A stretch of DNA of 63,735 nucleotides, the filler included, from Octopus bimaculoides (lineage: Eukaryota): NCBI RefSeq assembly GCF_001194135.2. It is 5 parts of 5 records of this genome, joined end to end, with 100 filler letters (N's around TTAATTAATTAA, not from the genome) between each part and the next. Parts side by side here need not be neighbours in the genome. Positions count along the whole stretch, not along the records: positions 1 to 31,433 come from NC_068992.1; 4 more parts are not named here. One strand, written 5' to 3'. Numbering within the stretch: position 1 is the stretch's first letter; each line of letters begins with the position of its first letter. The position numbers and the translations under genes were made by a program. This document shows positions 1 to 13,833 of this stretch, one piece after another. Below the pieces are notes generated by a model, which saw only the letters and a list, made by a program, of their open reading frames with translations, ran no database searches and was not told the DNA's origin.

Positions 1-110
1 TAGCAGTTGACTATGGTGCTGCTACACCAGTCATTGGGTATGACTCCTTCGTGTAACACCTGATTCGTAATATATATATGTGTGTGTGTGTGTGTGTGTT
101 TGTGTGTCTG

Positions 111-300
111 TGTTTGTCCCCCCACCATCGCTTGACAACCGATGCTGGTGTGTTTACCTCCCCGTAACTTAGTGGTTCGGCAAAAAGAGACAGATAGAAT
201 AAGTACTAGGCTTACAATGAATAAGTCCTGGGGTTGATTTCCTCGTCTAAAGGCGGTGCTCCAGCATGGCCGCAGTCAAATGACTGAAACAAGTAAAAGA
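111..300 (+). mobile_element. SINE 3' half (family with ...GGCGGTGCTCCAGCATGGCCGCAGT...GACTGAAACAAGTAAAAGA tail), preceded by a (TA)/(TG) microsatellite
   Basis: Near-identical tail recurs at 34654-34750, with a diverged copy at 41435-41545. Confidence 0.7.
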
Positions 301-2159
301 GTGAAAGAGTAAGGTGCTGTGCAGTGAGTTTGAACCTCAAGCCATGTTGTCGGGAAGATTTCTTAACCACACACCTATAATTGCACATGTACGTATGCTC
401 ACTTCTATTTGCAATTATGTGTATGTATGTATATATCTATTGTTGCATTAATGTATTAAATTCAAATGTAGGAAGTAGGTATATTGAATTGCAACATCTC
501 TAACTACCTAAGCTCTAGTTACCTATGTTACAGGAAAACATTCAGATCAACTTTCCTTTGCTTTTAATGACAAACTGCTTCATTAACTGGTTTCCACTTG
601 ATAAGTTCTTGATCTAGCTTTGTTCCACATCGATTGCTTTCCTTCTCCAAGACTGAACAACAACAACTTCAACCCTTTTTCCTTCTCTCACTATGTTAGC
701 AAACAAGTTTTCGCTATTGTCAAAATTTATAATTCACTCAATACATTTCCTACTTTGGTCAACTTCCAATTGGGAATTGGCATGTGTTGGAAGTTTTAAG
801 TTCATGTTTTATAATTGTCAAAATCCCAACAATTCTTCTGAAGCGAAATTCTGACAATTAGGCAGACAACCTACTCTCAACTTTAGCTTGCAGCATTGTT
901 ATAAAGAAGTAACTTACCAAACCCAAAAACCATCTTACTAGTTTAAATAATTTTATTTCTGAAATTCACTTATCAAATTTTTCCTATCTAATTGACTGCA
1001 TAAGTCACCTTCACTTCAAAATCCTTTTACTGACTGTATCCTGAAATTTTTCTGCTCTTCCTGGTTCATATCCAGTAATTCAGTGGTGGCAAGTAGTCTA
1101 TTTGTCAGAATTTTCTCATCATTTTAAACTTGCTAGCACCATACCAATGACATTGAACTGTTGTGCTATTTTCATTTTCTTCATATCTATTTCTGTCTCT
1201 GTGTGTGTATGCATGTTTATATGTGCAAATGTACATGTATCAGTTGTGTATGTATGAGTGTAGAAGATTTTATTAGCTTTGAGCTAGTCAAAAGGCAGCA
1301 TGCAAAGCTAACACATACTTTGAGAAAGGGAGGTACCATGGATACACCAGATAAGATTATGAGTTAGAAAGGCAGTGTATGTGACACACATCGCCTGTGA
1401 AAAGCTGATTATATGAGTTCCATGATATCATACTGTAATTTACAAAATCAAGATGCAGCTAGCAATGGTTTGCTTACTTTTTATAGTAACTTCACCTGCG
1501 TAGATATGTGAAAAAAGAAAAATCTGTTCAAGTAAATCCGCTTTGAAAAGGCTCACGAAATGGCATAAGATGACTTATACCACAAGTAAGCTATACAAAC
1601 TCTATAGAAGTTTGAAATTGTATCTGTGTCCCATCCTTGCCAGCATGGAAGGTGGACGTTAAGCAATGATATATGTTTGGAGCTTTTGTAGATCAGCTGC
1701 TGATCTTAAGTGTCATCTGAGACTACACTGACACAATGGAGAATATCAGTATGATATAAACCAGTGGCTCATGACAATTTTTTTTGACTCCTTTGATTCC
1801 TTTTTTACTTGGGTGGACCCTCATAGCCGTTTTTATAATTAATTATTTGAGACTGTATACAAGAAAAATTTTTGGAATATTTTATGTTTTGTAGAAGTTT
1901 AACCAATTTATTGCACATAATTTCTTTACTGAGGCAGATTTTCTTTAGCTAGAAACTCTTCTGTCACCAGCTCTCACCTGTTTTCAAGCAAGATAATATT
2001 TTCTCATTGCCTGACATATTGTTGCAAACTATTGAAAATGAATAACAATGCTTTAATGATAGGGACACTCATTTAAAACAATGACACAATGTCAAAACAA
2101 GGAGACAGAAATATACATTCACCCATGCATGCATATGTATATGCATCTTTACACAAATA

Positions 2160-2310
2160 TGATGGGTTTCTTTTAGTTTCCTTCTACCAAATTCACTCAC
2201 AAGGCCTTGGTCAGCTTGGAGAAATTGTAGGAGACACTTGCTCAAGGTAGTACACAGCATGACTGAATCTGAAACCATGTGGTTAGGAAGCAAACTTTTT
2301 AATCACTGAG
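2160..2310 (-). mobile_element. Degenerate tRNA-headed SINE 5' part with CORE-like domain
   Basis: Similar to 61225-61380, 54290-54409, 22110-22175 and 29545-29635 (shared aaaccatgtggtt..gaagcaa and gacacttgc.caaggt motifs). Confidence 0.55.
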
Positions 2311-2382
2311 ATCTTCCCGTGCCTATATATGTGTATGTAAGTGTGTGTATCTTATATATAGAAAGCAGAGTTTGTGTGTGCA

Positions 2383-2428
<46 letters not shown>

Positions 2429-4069
2429 TATATATATAAAGCAGAGTTTGTGTGTGTGTGTGCATATGTTTCTTATGCATTCGGAAACTTAGTTACCGAT
2501 TTTGATGTATGGGATATCAAAAATTTCCATAATCTTTCGGCTACCAAATAAACTATATTTTCAGTTATATATTTGCATTACAAAAAGTTAACATCATAAT
2601 CTTTCTATGTGTCAACTATCGTAAACAGCATTTTATATCACCACCATCTCCATCACATCACAGATGTCACATTTTCTTTATGAGTATGTTTGTGTGTGTG
2701 TGTTTGCATGTTCGTTGCATGTGTTAGGCTGATGAGTGAGAAGTATGTGTGTGAGTGTATGCGAGGGTGTATGTGTCTGTCAGTATACAAACATTTTTGT
2801 GACAGCTGACATACGCACGCACACATACATACATCTAAAAACAGAGCTAGACACACAGAGCAACAGTGACAGGACTGAGGCATGCATGAATGTATGTCTG
2901 TGTGTCTCTGTCTTAGTATATGTATGTGACCGTACTACCCAACAGTTTAGTTGCAACCTGGATACTGAACAAACAACAGCATTCACTTTGAAGTGCCACT
3001 TTTTGGATTTTCCTTCTCACCATGGAGAGTTGCATTTTAAACAGCATTAACGATTATCACTATTTTATGTGCTGAAATATTATTCTAGTTTTTATAATGA
3101 ACATGAAGATTTGGCTGATTTGATAGCATGCACAACACTTGTAAATATATCTGAAAAAAATTTTACTCTGGTTATTATAACAAATTCGGAAACTTGGCGA
3201 TATAGAAAGCCTTCGCGGCACTTTCAATATCATTACAGAAATGCCATTGCAGTCTTTATAACTAGTTTGAAGATAATGTTTTTTCAACATTCCTAGTGTC
3301 TTTATCGTATTCCTGCTATGCTATATTAACAGTGTTAGTATTCAACACTGCACAACCTTTTTACTGCTTTAGTCAGTATTTATTCTACAGCCTGTAACCA
3401 TACACAGTTAAAATATATATAGTAAGTGATGTCAAATTAATTTATGTCTTGCTACATACGTCCTTCAGTAAATGTTTTAAGTTAATTAACGTTCACAACA
3501 GCAACATATTCCTTTGTGCACACTTTGTTCAGCATTTGTTTAAAAATTGTAAAATAATAAATTATTTAAAAAAAAAAAAGAATTATGCCTTCTGAATTTT
3601 CTTGGAGTTTGACTTTCTTCACCATGACATCCTGAATTTTATAACATTTAGTACAAGTTCCAAATAAAGGTTTCTCTACTCTCTTTCATTGGTGATGCAT
3701 AGTAATTTTGGCTAAATTGGTTGACTTTCCGATACTGGAATATTTCTTTTGGAAAGGTTCCCTAAAAAAAATTTTTATAGCGTAACTATGCCTCAGAAAG
3801 TATGTTTTACACCTATATTGACATTTTGTTTTGCTTAAACTTCGTATATGTGCATTTTGCTATTTTCAATATTATCAATTATATGAATGTGGATGTGTCT
3901 ATGAGTGTGTGAGTGTGTTTCCATGTTCATTATGTCTATAGTAAACTATAGTAAATGACATTTTATGCCATTTTAATGAGCCCACATCTAATGAAGTAGC
4001 CATCCTTATTGTAGGTGATTCCCATGAAAATCATGATATTCTCATTCGTGCTCGAGATAACAACCTTAA

Positions 4070-4995
4070 AATGTTTCAGACACTCGTCCCTCTTATGATG
4101 CTCTCCAGTACCCTCTTTTTTGTGGAATGGACAAAATGGCTGAAAATAAAGGTTCTCCATGGGGTCAGCATAGTTTCTTGGTCTCTTGTCTTGGAGGACC
4201 TCAGTATCTGTCCTGCTAGTTGTCCTGCTAGTTGTCCTGCTAGTTGCCATCTTGGTAATGTGCATATCAAATGTTGCGTCATTGCACATATTGATCCCCA
4301 AGTTTTTCACTACGTGTGACTCTGAAATTGCAGTGCCTTTGGGTCCTGCATATGCAGGCTGTAGTACATTTGTAAATTGGTAGTTCAGTGTTTGAAAATT
4401 TTCCAGCATTAAACTCCATTTATTTATTTTGATCCTCTTGTATGTTGAATTCAGGTCCCACTGTAAACTTGCAATGTCATCTTGATTTTTTATTGCCTGT
4501 GATAATTTTGTATCATTGGCATAGCTAGTGACAGTGGCTGTGCAAGTGACCATGAGCATGTCAAAGAGGGCTATTAGGAACAGAAATGGCCCCACAACAG
4601 TTCTCTGGGAAACGCTACTTAGGATTTGAGCTTCTTCAGAAAGGACAGCATTGGCTACAACTGTCTGACTCTTGTCTTTAGGGAAGTCATGCAGCCATGC
4701 TCCCAGTTGACCAGCAATTCCAAGGTCTCATAGCTTATGACATATCATGCCATGATCTATCTTTTCAGATGCTTTTGTAAGATCAAAGTATATCCCACTG
4801 ACATATGAATGGTCAAACAGCTGTTTCAAAATTCAGTCATACTGCTGTAGGAATTGTGTAAAGCAGCTTCTTCCTGGATGAAAGCCAAGCTGTTTATTGT
4901 GCAGTAGGTCATTTTCTTCTAGGAACATTATCAACTTCTTTCTAATGATTCGCTCCATGACTTTACTGATATGAAAAGTCAGAGTGTTTGGCCTG
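4070..4995 (-). mobile_element. LINE reverse transcriptase relic (CR1/L2/Jockey-like), with stops and frameshifts
   Basis: Minus strand reads RPNTLTFHISKVMERII...QLGFHPGRSC...FDLTKASEKIDHG...SSVSQRTVVGPFLFLI...SYANDTK...VKNLGI, i.e. RT motifs in canonical order (RPISL, QxGF, DxxKAFD, GVPQG, YADD). Includes a 12-bp triplication at about 4210-4248. Confidence 0.9.
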
Positions 4996-5064
4996 TAATT
5001 TTTGGCAGCTGCTCTGCTTCCATATGAATATGTATGTATATTATATAGATATATATCAACATCA

Positions 5065-5420
5065 TCATTTAATGTTCTTTATCCATGCTGGGATAAGTTG
5101 GATGGTTTGATCAGGCTGGCATGCTGGAAGGCTGCACCAGACTCCAGTCTGATTTGGCATGGTTCTCTACAGCTGGATGCCCTTCCTAACACCAACTAGT
5201 TTGAGAGTGTAAAGTGTGCTTTTATGTGCCACCGGCATGGGTACAAATTTGTGTGACACTGGTATCTGCTATGATTGCACTTGTGCTCAGCTTGACAAGT
5301 CTTCTCAAGCACAACATAATGCCAAAGGACTTGGTCATTAGTCATTGCTTCCCTGAGGCTCAAAGTTCAAAGATCATACTTCACCACCTCATCCCATGAC
5401 TTCCTAGGTCTACCTCTATC
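5065..5420 (-). mobile_element. Retroposon 3' end (LINE-tail-like/SINE) with (GAT)n tail
   Basis: Shares ctacagctggatgcccttcctaac and tttatgtgccacc with 20943-21285. Same family in + orientation at about 1630-1675, 17085-17245 and 25500-25712. Confidence 0.6.
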
Positions 5421-5442
5421 ATAGGTTCCCTCATATATATGT

Positions 5443-5483
<41 letters not shown>

Positions 5484-5922
5484 ACTTTAAATAGAGCTCA
5501 AAATTGATCCGTTGAAAATACTTTATTGCAACAACAATAACAATAATAATTGCAGAATTGCAGAATTTTGTCAGTGAACAGGTCGCGGTCTCAAAGCGAC
5601 GAAAATATTTTGACAAATTAAATTTAAATGTTGAAGTGAATCTAACGGACTTTGTGTGTTATTTTAAATGGCTTATAAACACCTTCCACGCTGCAATTAT
5701 TTTCGTTCCAGCACACAATCTCCGATCAGGTCACTTGCTATGCAAGTGCATCTCCGTAATAACAATAATAATAACAAATAAATAGACCTATGTACATTTC
5801 GATAGAACATCCAGAATGATTAATACATATCATAAAATATTATAATATATAGGATACTCCATCTCCTCAGGGTCCCATTATTATTGCTATCATCACCGTC
5901 ATTATTATTAGCAATACACATC

Positions 5923-5985
5923 TGCTAAGATTGTTAACAAATACTATATTTTTTACCAAATTTTTGGGTTAAAAAATATATATTT

Positions 5986-6028
<43 letters not shown>

Positions 6029-6085
6029 TATTTTTTTAACCCAAAAATTTGGTAAAAAATATAGTATTTGTTAACAATCTTAGCA
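5923..6085. repeat. Near-perfect inverted repeat (about 70-bp arms) around a (TA)n core
   Basis: tgctaagattgttaacaaatactata...gggttaaaaaa is the reverse complement of ttttttt aaccc...ttgttaacaatcttagca; the arms differ only by one base in an A/T run. Confidence 0.95.
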
Positions 6086-6157
6086 TATATATATATACAT
6101 ACATACATATATATATACATATACAAACACACACATATATAAATATACGCACCTACA

Positions 6158-6193
<36 letters not shown>

Positions 6194-6235
6194 TGTATGT
6201 ATGTATGTGAAGCTTGGACTTGGTCATTCACCCAT

Positions 6236-6682
6236 TCATCAACACTTGCAGACCTTCAGAAAATGACCATCTTTGGTTTCAAGATGAAAGAGGAGTTCTT
6301 CCATCAGGATAATGCTTGGCCACATACAGCAAGGATGACATTCTAAAGGTTGGAACAGTTTGAATGAGAAACGATGCCCAACCCATTATAATCGCCAGAC
6401 ATCGCCCCATCTGATTATAGTTTATTCCGCAGTCTTTAAAATCATTTGGACGGAAAAATATGAATTCTTTTGACAAAATCAGAACAGTACTGGAGGAGTA
6501 TTTTTCGTCACAGATAAGTGAAATTTGGAAGTGGGGACTTGCAAGTCTACCAAGTAGATGGAAGAGCATTGTAGAAAATGAAGGAGAATATGTTTTAGAT
6601 TAAAAAAGAACTTTGTTTATCCTAATTTTGAAAAATAAAAGAAGTATAAAAAGAACTGCATTATTTATGGGATAACCCAATA
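6236..6682 (+). mobile_element. Mariner (DD34D) transposon 3' relic with right terminus
   Basis: Reads FFHQDNAWPH...SPDIAPSDYSLF...LPSRWKSIVENEGEYVLD* with internal stops. 34 codons separate the D of QDN and the D of SD. Ends in a TIR-like attatttatgggataacccaa+TA at the gap. Confidence 0.9.
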
Positions 6683-7135
6683 NNNNNNNNNNNNNNNNNN
6701 NNNNNNNNNNNNNNNNNNNNNNNNNNNNNNNNNNNNNNNNNNNNNNNNNNNNNNNNNNNNNNNNNNNNNNNNNNNNNNNNNNNNNNNNNNNNNNNNNNNN
6801 NNNNNNNNNNNNNNNNNNNNNNNNNNNNNNNNNNNNNNNNNNNNNNNNNNNNNNNNNNNNNNNNNNNNNNNNNNNNNNNNNNNNNNNNNNNNNNNNNNNN
6901 NNNNNNNNNNNNNNNNNNNNNNNNNNNNNNNNNNNNNNNNNNNNNNNNNNNNNNNNNNNNNNNNNNNNNNNNNNNNNNNNNNNNNNNNNNNNNNNNNNNN
7001 NNNNNNNNNNNNNNNNNNNNNNNNNNNNNNNNNNNNNNNNNNNNNNNNNNNNNNNNNNNNNNNNNNNNNNNNNNNNNNNNNNNNNNNNNNNNNNNNNNNN
7101 NNNNNNNNNNNNNNNNNNNNNNNNNNNNNNNNNNN

Positions 7136-7174
<39 letters not shown>

Positions 7175-7193
7175 GTGTGTATATACATATATG

Positions 7194-7224
<31 letters not shown>

Positions 7225-7250
7225 ATATATATATATATAAATTTTCATGT

Positions 7251-7307
<57 letters not shown>

Positions 7308-9729
7308 AGGGAAACTATTTGACATACCCTGGATTAATTTCTTTTCAAGTTGCTAATCAGTTTGTATCAGAATGATCAAATGTTTATTTTCTTTGCTTCA
7401 GTTTTATTGATTTACTCTAATGAATGATTGGACAAGATCAATTATTAACTCAAACATTTAAAAAATTTGCTTAGAAAACCTCATGCAGGTGAAAAAAGCA
7501 AAATATCAACAAAGAACACTTTAATATTGTTGTTTTCATTTAGTTTTTATTGTGATTTCTAAAGTGGCCATTTATCATGCCAAATCATTTATTAACTGTA
7601 TCATTGAAAAAGTTTAATAAGATTTATGTCAATCTTCACAGAACACTGTTGATGCTTTATCACATGATAATCCATCATTAGCACAGTACAGTCATTAACA
7701 TCAGCATCAATCTTATCATGATATACCTTATCATTATCATCATCATCAACAACAGCAACAGTGTAAATAGCAGCATCACACTGGCCGTTATTTGTAATGA
7801 CACAAGCAGACATCATTATTTATAATGTTGGCTTGTCAAGTTGACAGCAATAGAGAAGCTGTGATGTCCTTCACCTTTTTACCTCTAGATCACCACCACC
7901 AACAACAACAATACCTCCACCACCACCACCAGCATTAATGCCACCACTTCACAATCATTACAGATGGTGAGTTTGTGTCATGTTATCATATAACATAAAG
8001 TAACACCACTTTCCTAATCTAGTTGTTAGTATTTGGATGTAAGCTATGCCCTTTGGGGGCCAAAACTTAGTGTCATCTTTGGTCTTATTGAGATGTTAGA
8101 CTATGATGATAATGATGATTATGATGATGATGAAAGAATGAGTTCATTGATAAGGAAACAGAAATGCTGAAGAATATAAAAAAACTAAAGAGAGAAATAG
8201 AATGAACTCCCACAAAACAACAGAATTGGATATGAAATGAGGTTATTGTGGCTTTGTGATTTTCCAAAAATTTTCCAAAATATAACTGCAGCATTTAAAT
8301 GATAGGAGATAAAAAAAATGGACATGTATTTGGATAATAATAAAAATTACGTTTTATTATAGATAAGGTTATATTTTTGTATATGTTGATATATTCATGT
8401 CAGAAATCGAACATTATCACTGTTAGGTTCTTGAATGTCCTTAGAGGAACCCACTTGGTTATAAGTGTAAGAACAACTTCAGTCTGCAACAATTATCTCA
8501 TGTTCATTAATGCGATAATGAGTAACCTGTCATGTAGCATATCTACTTTCAAATTTAGACTCTCTTATTCAAGATGTGATACATAAAGTTGATATAAATG
8601 CTGCTTTTCAAAGTAAAACAAGGGCTCCAAGTCACCTATAAAGAAAATGCAACTGGATTTGTTGAGAAAGACTATTTGATATCACATGACAATGCTTGCT
8701 AGATGTTGCTACATGTTTCAAGTGGTCATTCCAAATTATATATATATATCAAGAGAAAGCATGTCTAAATTAATGAGCCAATATGTCACATGATAGACGG
8801 TGAGCGATTGCAGTTATGAATAGGACATAATTGTACTGGGTACTGGTTCGTAGTAGCAGTTACACAAACATTCATGCCAGTCCTGCAGAGTGAAGATAAC
8901 ATCTATTTAACATCTCATTCAAGCAAGTCTTACAAACTCTGAAATTGGCAATGTCTTTTTATAACAAAAAAAAATTCTTTATGGTTTATATTTTAGAAAC
9001 GTTAGTGTGGATTCACTGAAAGGGGGAGAGAGAGAAAGAGAAAGAGAGAGATCACTCATATGTCATACATTTCTCTTTGGTTACACCAAACTGTTAGCAT
9101 GAGCAAATTCAAAGAAGCATTTAAAAATAAAATGTTGGTTAGTCACTCAGAGAGGAAAACAATTTCCTTATCAGCCCCAAAGAACATCTAGTCTTAAAGG
9201 GGATGTCTCAAAGAACAAATCCAAGGGTCTCTTACTTGTATGTATGCCGTTCTAAGCTAATAATAAATTTTTAGTATACTTATCTCTGACGAACAGTTGT
9301 CACGAAAAACAAACAAAAGCACAAAGATACAAAAATCAATAGAGCTTCGAACCCACAACGAAAAAAAAAAAAAATAGTGATTACTTTCAATAATTTTTTT
9401 CTCGCTTTCTTTTGGAATAAAGCTTAAACAAGATTCAACGAAATGAAAGCAATATTATGTAATAGGAGTTGAATCTTAACCCAACTCTTCTCTTTGAACT
9501 ACTTTTAGATATAACATATATTTTTGTGAGTATATATATGTATGTATGTATAAATATATATACACATACACACACACACATGTTTCTGTATATTCATAGA
9601 TATACATATGTATAGTCATAAGGTAATGTATATAAACATCAGCAAATAAGGGGATTGCTATAAATGAAAGTTGATCGAAATAATGGAAAGGAAACAAAAA
9701 CGAAAAACAAACCAAAATCTAAGAACCAC

Positions 9730-9788
<59 letters not shown>

Positions 9789-10124
9789 CAAGAGCAACAA
9801 CAACAATAATAATAATAATAATAATAATAATAACTGGCTTCATTGAACTGTTATTGGAAGCAAACACAATTATCACAATAGTTTTGGCAGGAAGAACTTA
9901 TCACTGCACTGCAGACATTAAAGTATCAACAGCAACAATAAAAACAATAACAACAACAGCAAGAATAATAATATTAATAATAACAACAATATAATCATAA
10001 CAATATATTACAACTGGCATAAAAATATATTTCCAAAGTTGGCAAGTTTCTATTCTATTTTTTACCTCCTTTTTCTCTCTTTTGTATAATTATATATATA
10101 TGTATGTATATATAAGTATGCATA

Positions 10125-10169
<45 letters not shown>

Positions 10170-10209
10170 NNNNNNNNNNNNNNNNNNNNNNNNNNNNNNN
10201 NNNNNNNNN

Positions 10210-10246
<37 letters not shown>

Positions 10247-11199
10247 TTGTGTATATATATATATATATATATACATAAAATAAATATATAGATATGTGCA
10301 TATACATGTGTGTAGGTATATGTATATACACACGCAAACATCACATTGTTTTATTTTTTTCTTCTCTGCTGTATTCATATAGCAAAAAGATAAGTTGTTT
10401 CTTTCGACGTCATTTCCAAAACATTCTCTGTGAGAGAAGAATTTATCTTGTGACTGGCTCAATTAACTCCTATATGCAGAAGGCATCAGAAAATATGAAT
10501 GATCAGGGGATTTGTCTGTGTGTAGGAGTTATGTTATTGTTGTTATTGCTATTAGGCCCTACCCCATCATTTTGTCTTTGACCTGTGTAATGGCTTGTAT
10601 CATGGTTTGCCGTAGTTACGTATGCACATAAACATAGTGATCTATATATTGATGTATGTATATTTATAGCCAGCTTTACATTCATGTATGCATAGTTTCT
10701 TTCTTTTATGCTCTTACTTATGTGTATTAATATATTATGTGAATAGATACATATACATGTATGTATATGTANNNNNNNNNNNNNNNNNNNNNNNNNNNNN
10801 NNNNNNNNNNNNNNNNNNNNNNNNNNNNNNNNNNNNNNNNNNNNNNNNNNNNNNNNNNNNNNNNNNNNNNNNNNNNNNNNNNNNNNNNNNNNNNNNNNNN
10901 NNNNNNNNNNNNNNNNNNNNNNNNNNNNNNNNNNNNNNNNNNNNNNNNNNNNNNNNNNNNNNNNNNNNNNNNNNNNNNNNNTATACATATATATATATAC
11001 ATATACTTACATACATGTATATACATGTATATGTACGTATATGTACATATACATACATACATGTATATGTATGTATACATATACATACACATGTATACAT
11101 GTGTATGTATGTATGTATGTATACACACATTGAGAGTCCTATAACATGTAATGTATAAAAGCTTACACAATCAGACACACATGTAGAGGGCAGTAGCTG

Positions 11200-11680
11200 T
11201 AGTAATTCTAGGCTAGCTGGGAAGCTAAACCAAATAGCTGCATATTGGTGTACATTTCTATATTGACACGGCCCATAAGCATCACTATCAACTAGCTTTC
11301 TCACCATACTGGCCAGAACATCTAGCACAATGAGGAACTTATTCCTTACTGATTTCATGCACTTCTCATCCAAGGGATCCAAGAAGACCAATAGGCTTCC
11401 GGCCCCACTCTGATATATTACTGATCGCAGACCAAATCTATATTAAAAGCAGACTACTGAGCAGTTGTTTCCGTAGGTGAACAAGTGACATTTCTGAGGG
11501 CTGGTCACCCACATAACTGTGTGAGGCCTAGCAAGTTGCTGTTAATGCAACTAAATTTTCTTTACAAAGACCATTATGGATGCAGTCTCTTAAGAAGTCA
11601 ATCCTTTATCCCAAGAGTGTTTGTGGCTTATTATTCTCCATTGCAGCACAGTCCAACGATCAGCTGTTCATACGAGAGAG
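11200..11680 (+). mobile_element. Highly decayed LINE RT relic
   Basis: Across frameshifts: F*ASWEA...RPISIT...Q.GFRPHSDILL...DISEG...PKSVCGLLFSI..ND, resembling FPASWK/RPISL/QYGFR/DISKAF/PQGSVLGPLLF in order; spacing is only approximate. Confidence 0.5.
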
Positions 11681-13711
11681 TGTTCTAAGAAGAATACAGG
11701 ACAGCCAACTGCTGCTCATAAGTAAGTGTGGCTTGGTAATAGGTACAATGTTTTTGCTAATTGTTTCATGCTTCATAAAGAGCTGTTGAAGGATACCGAG
11801 GTTATTTACATTACACTAAGAAATAGAAGTAGTGATCTTATTTCTGTTTAATAGAAAATTATTATTGTTCTAAGTACTATAAATGACTTTCAAAAATTTC
11901 ATTTGCATACAAAGCCCAGATCCCCAAACAATGGAACCCTCAAACAATGGAATCCCAAACAATTCCTCGTTTTAGTTTAATATGAAATTGCTTACAGAAT
12001 TTAGTTCATGATATCAGGAAGCTAAGGGTTGTTTTTTTTTTGTTTTCTTTTTAATATACATTATCTAAACCTGCTAGTTCCAGTGAATATCTCTAGGTTG
12101 GATACTTTTGTGGTTGAGCTGTATTTCAAGGTGAATCAGTTGATGGTTACATGTGAGCACACTAATTTACTTTTGTCAATAACTTTACATTTCTCTCAAT
12201 TTTACCAAGTTCCAAATGAAATGTAATAAGTCTTGCTAAATTCTTTAGAACAAGATCTGACATTGCATGCAGTGGGAAATTAAAGCTACCAAATATCGAT
12301 TTGTAGTGAACACTATTACTGAAACGGAGACAAAGAGTCACTATAAAAGAACCTCAAACTTTTATTTAATATCAGAGAATTTGCAGTTAAGTGTTTAAAG
12401 CAGTAGAGCTGTGGGGCATCGGGTCAAATCCAGCTTGCAGATATTGAGTTGTGCAATTTACTTGATTTACTTTAGTCTTTTGTACTACCATAAAGTAAAT
12501 GCCAGAGACATAGAGGATAAGTTTCTGCTAGGTTGATATGATATGGTTTCAAAAATTCTGAGAGCTCAAAGCAGTACATATTAATTACCTGTGGAGACTG
12601 CATATTCTTAAGAATTTAATATGCTTTTCTTTCAGTACATTGCAAGGTCAGGCCAGTTTTTGAAGGTATGGGAGATGTTGATTGAATCAAGTTTATTCTA
12701 TATTACTGGTATTTGATCTAACCCTGCATAGATGCACACTGAATTGAATATTAGAATAAACCTAAAGAGATGTGACTTCATAGAGAAATGTATTTAGTCT
12801 TATCTTCTTACTGTCTCTGATATCTCATCCCCACCCTTTATCTGTTCTGCAGAAGTACTACAGTTGACTTAATCGCCCTCAGACCCTAGCCAATTACTGG
12901 TTCTTCAATTATCTCACATACCAGTATATAAGGTATTGCTAATCTTGGTTGTTTCTATGCCAAAATTTAAAAGTGTTTTGGCAGCAAATAATCAGTTGGA
13001 TTCACTCCTGTTGCTTAGCTGAGCAAATGAGGAATCTCTGTCAGTGAAGTAGAAAGCACTCAACTGAATTCATCCCAATACATAACTGGTACTTAGTTGT
13101 ACCAGTGAGGAAGCTCTATTGGTGAAGTAGAGAATAATCAACTGGGTTCACTTAATGCATAACTAGTATTAAGCTGAACCAATGAGGAAGATTTATTGAG
13201 ACACTTGTAGTGATAGAAATTGCAGCAAAAGTTTCCTTATATCTTGTCTTACTATCTGAATTAAAAACAAGAGAGATGGCCTTCATCTAGGTCTACATTG
13301 TCTTTGATCCTACATCTACATGATTATAACTGACTTGGAATAAATAAAAACAGCCAGAAATTTACTTCGCAAAGATTTTCAGAGGGGTGAAAAGTTAATG
13401 CAAGTAAGAATGAAATTTGTTGAGCAAAAATTTAGCTTATTCCAATGATATATTTGAACAATTATTGATAGTTATTTAAGCCAATTATCCATGTAATAAT
13501 GATGGATTTGAACAATTATTAAATGGTAGAAACTATATTTCTCATTTATAACAAATTGTGTTTAAACATTGTATTTATTAAATAAAACTTTAACTTTTCA
13601 TCCAGAGAAACTGCATCAGTTTCTTTTTTTTGTATTTTGCAGAAGAAAATTATTTTCAGTTTCTTTGCTTCCCTTTTGGGCAATACTTCTTAATTCATAA
13701 GTCTGACATAC

Positions 13712-13833
13712 TAATAACATGGCATAACAAGCGTAACGTTCTCTCATCTGAGCTGTCACTTTTCTGATGTTCATATGGTCAGGGATGGGTATCTTGAGAG
13801 GGTGTCTATGGCTGCATGCAACCAAATAGGCAC
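13712..13833 (-). CDS. Candidate internal coding exon, unknown protein (xAYLVACSHRHPLKIPIPDHMNIRKVTAQMRERYACYAMLL)
   Basis: Acceptor tttactaattgttttag|G with a CTAAT branch-like site; donor TTA|gtatgt; 122 nt; only one of three frames open (phase 1>0). Confidence 0.45.

Noticed and set aside
541-900. Possible hAT-like transposase C-terminal fossil on the minus strand (INFDNSENLFANIV)
   Set aside because: The resemblance is too short and stop-ridden to support a call.
3069-3296. Overlapping ORFs on both strands with some retained CpGs
   Set aside because: Several frames look equally plausible and none has a convincing acceptor/donor pair.
12636-12665. 30-nt plus-strand exon-like YIARSGQFLK
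   Set aside because: Lies at the edge of what looks like a decayed reverse-oriented type B SINE.
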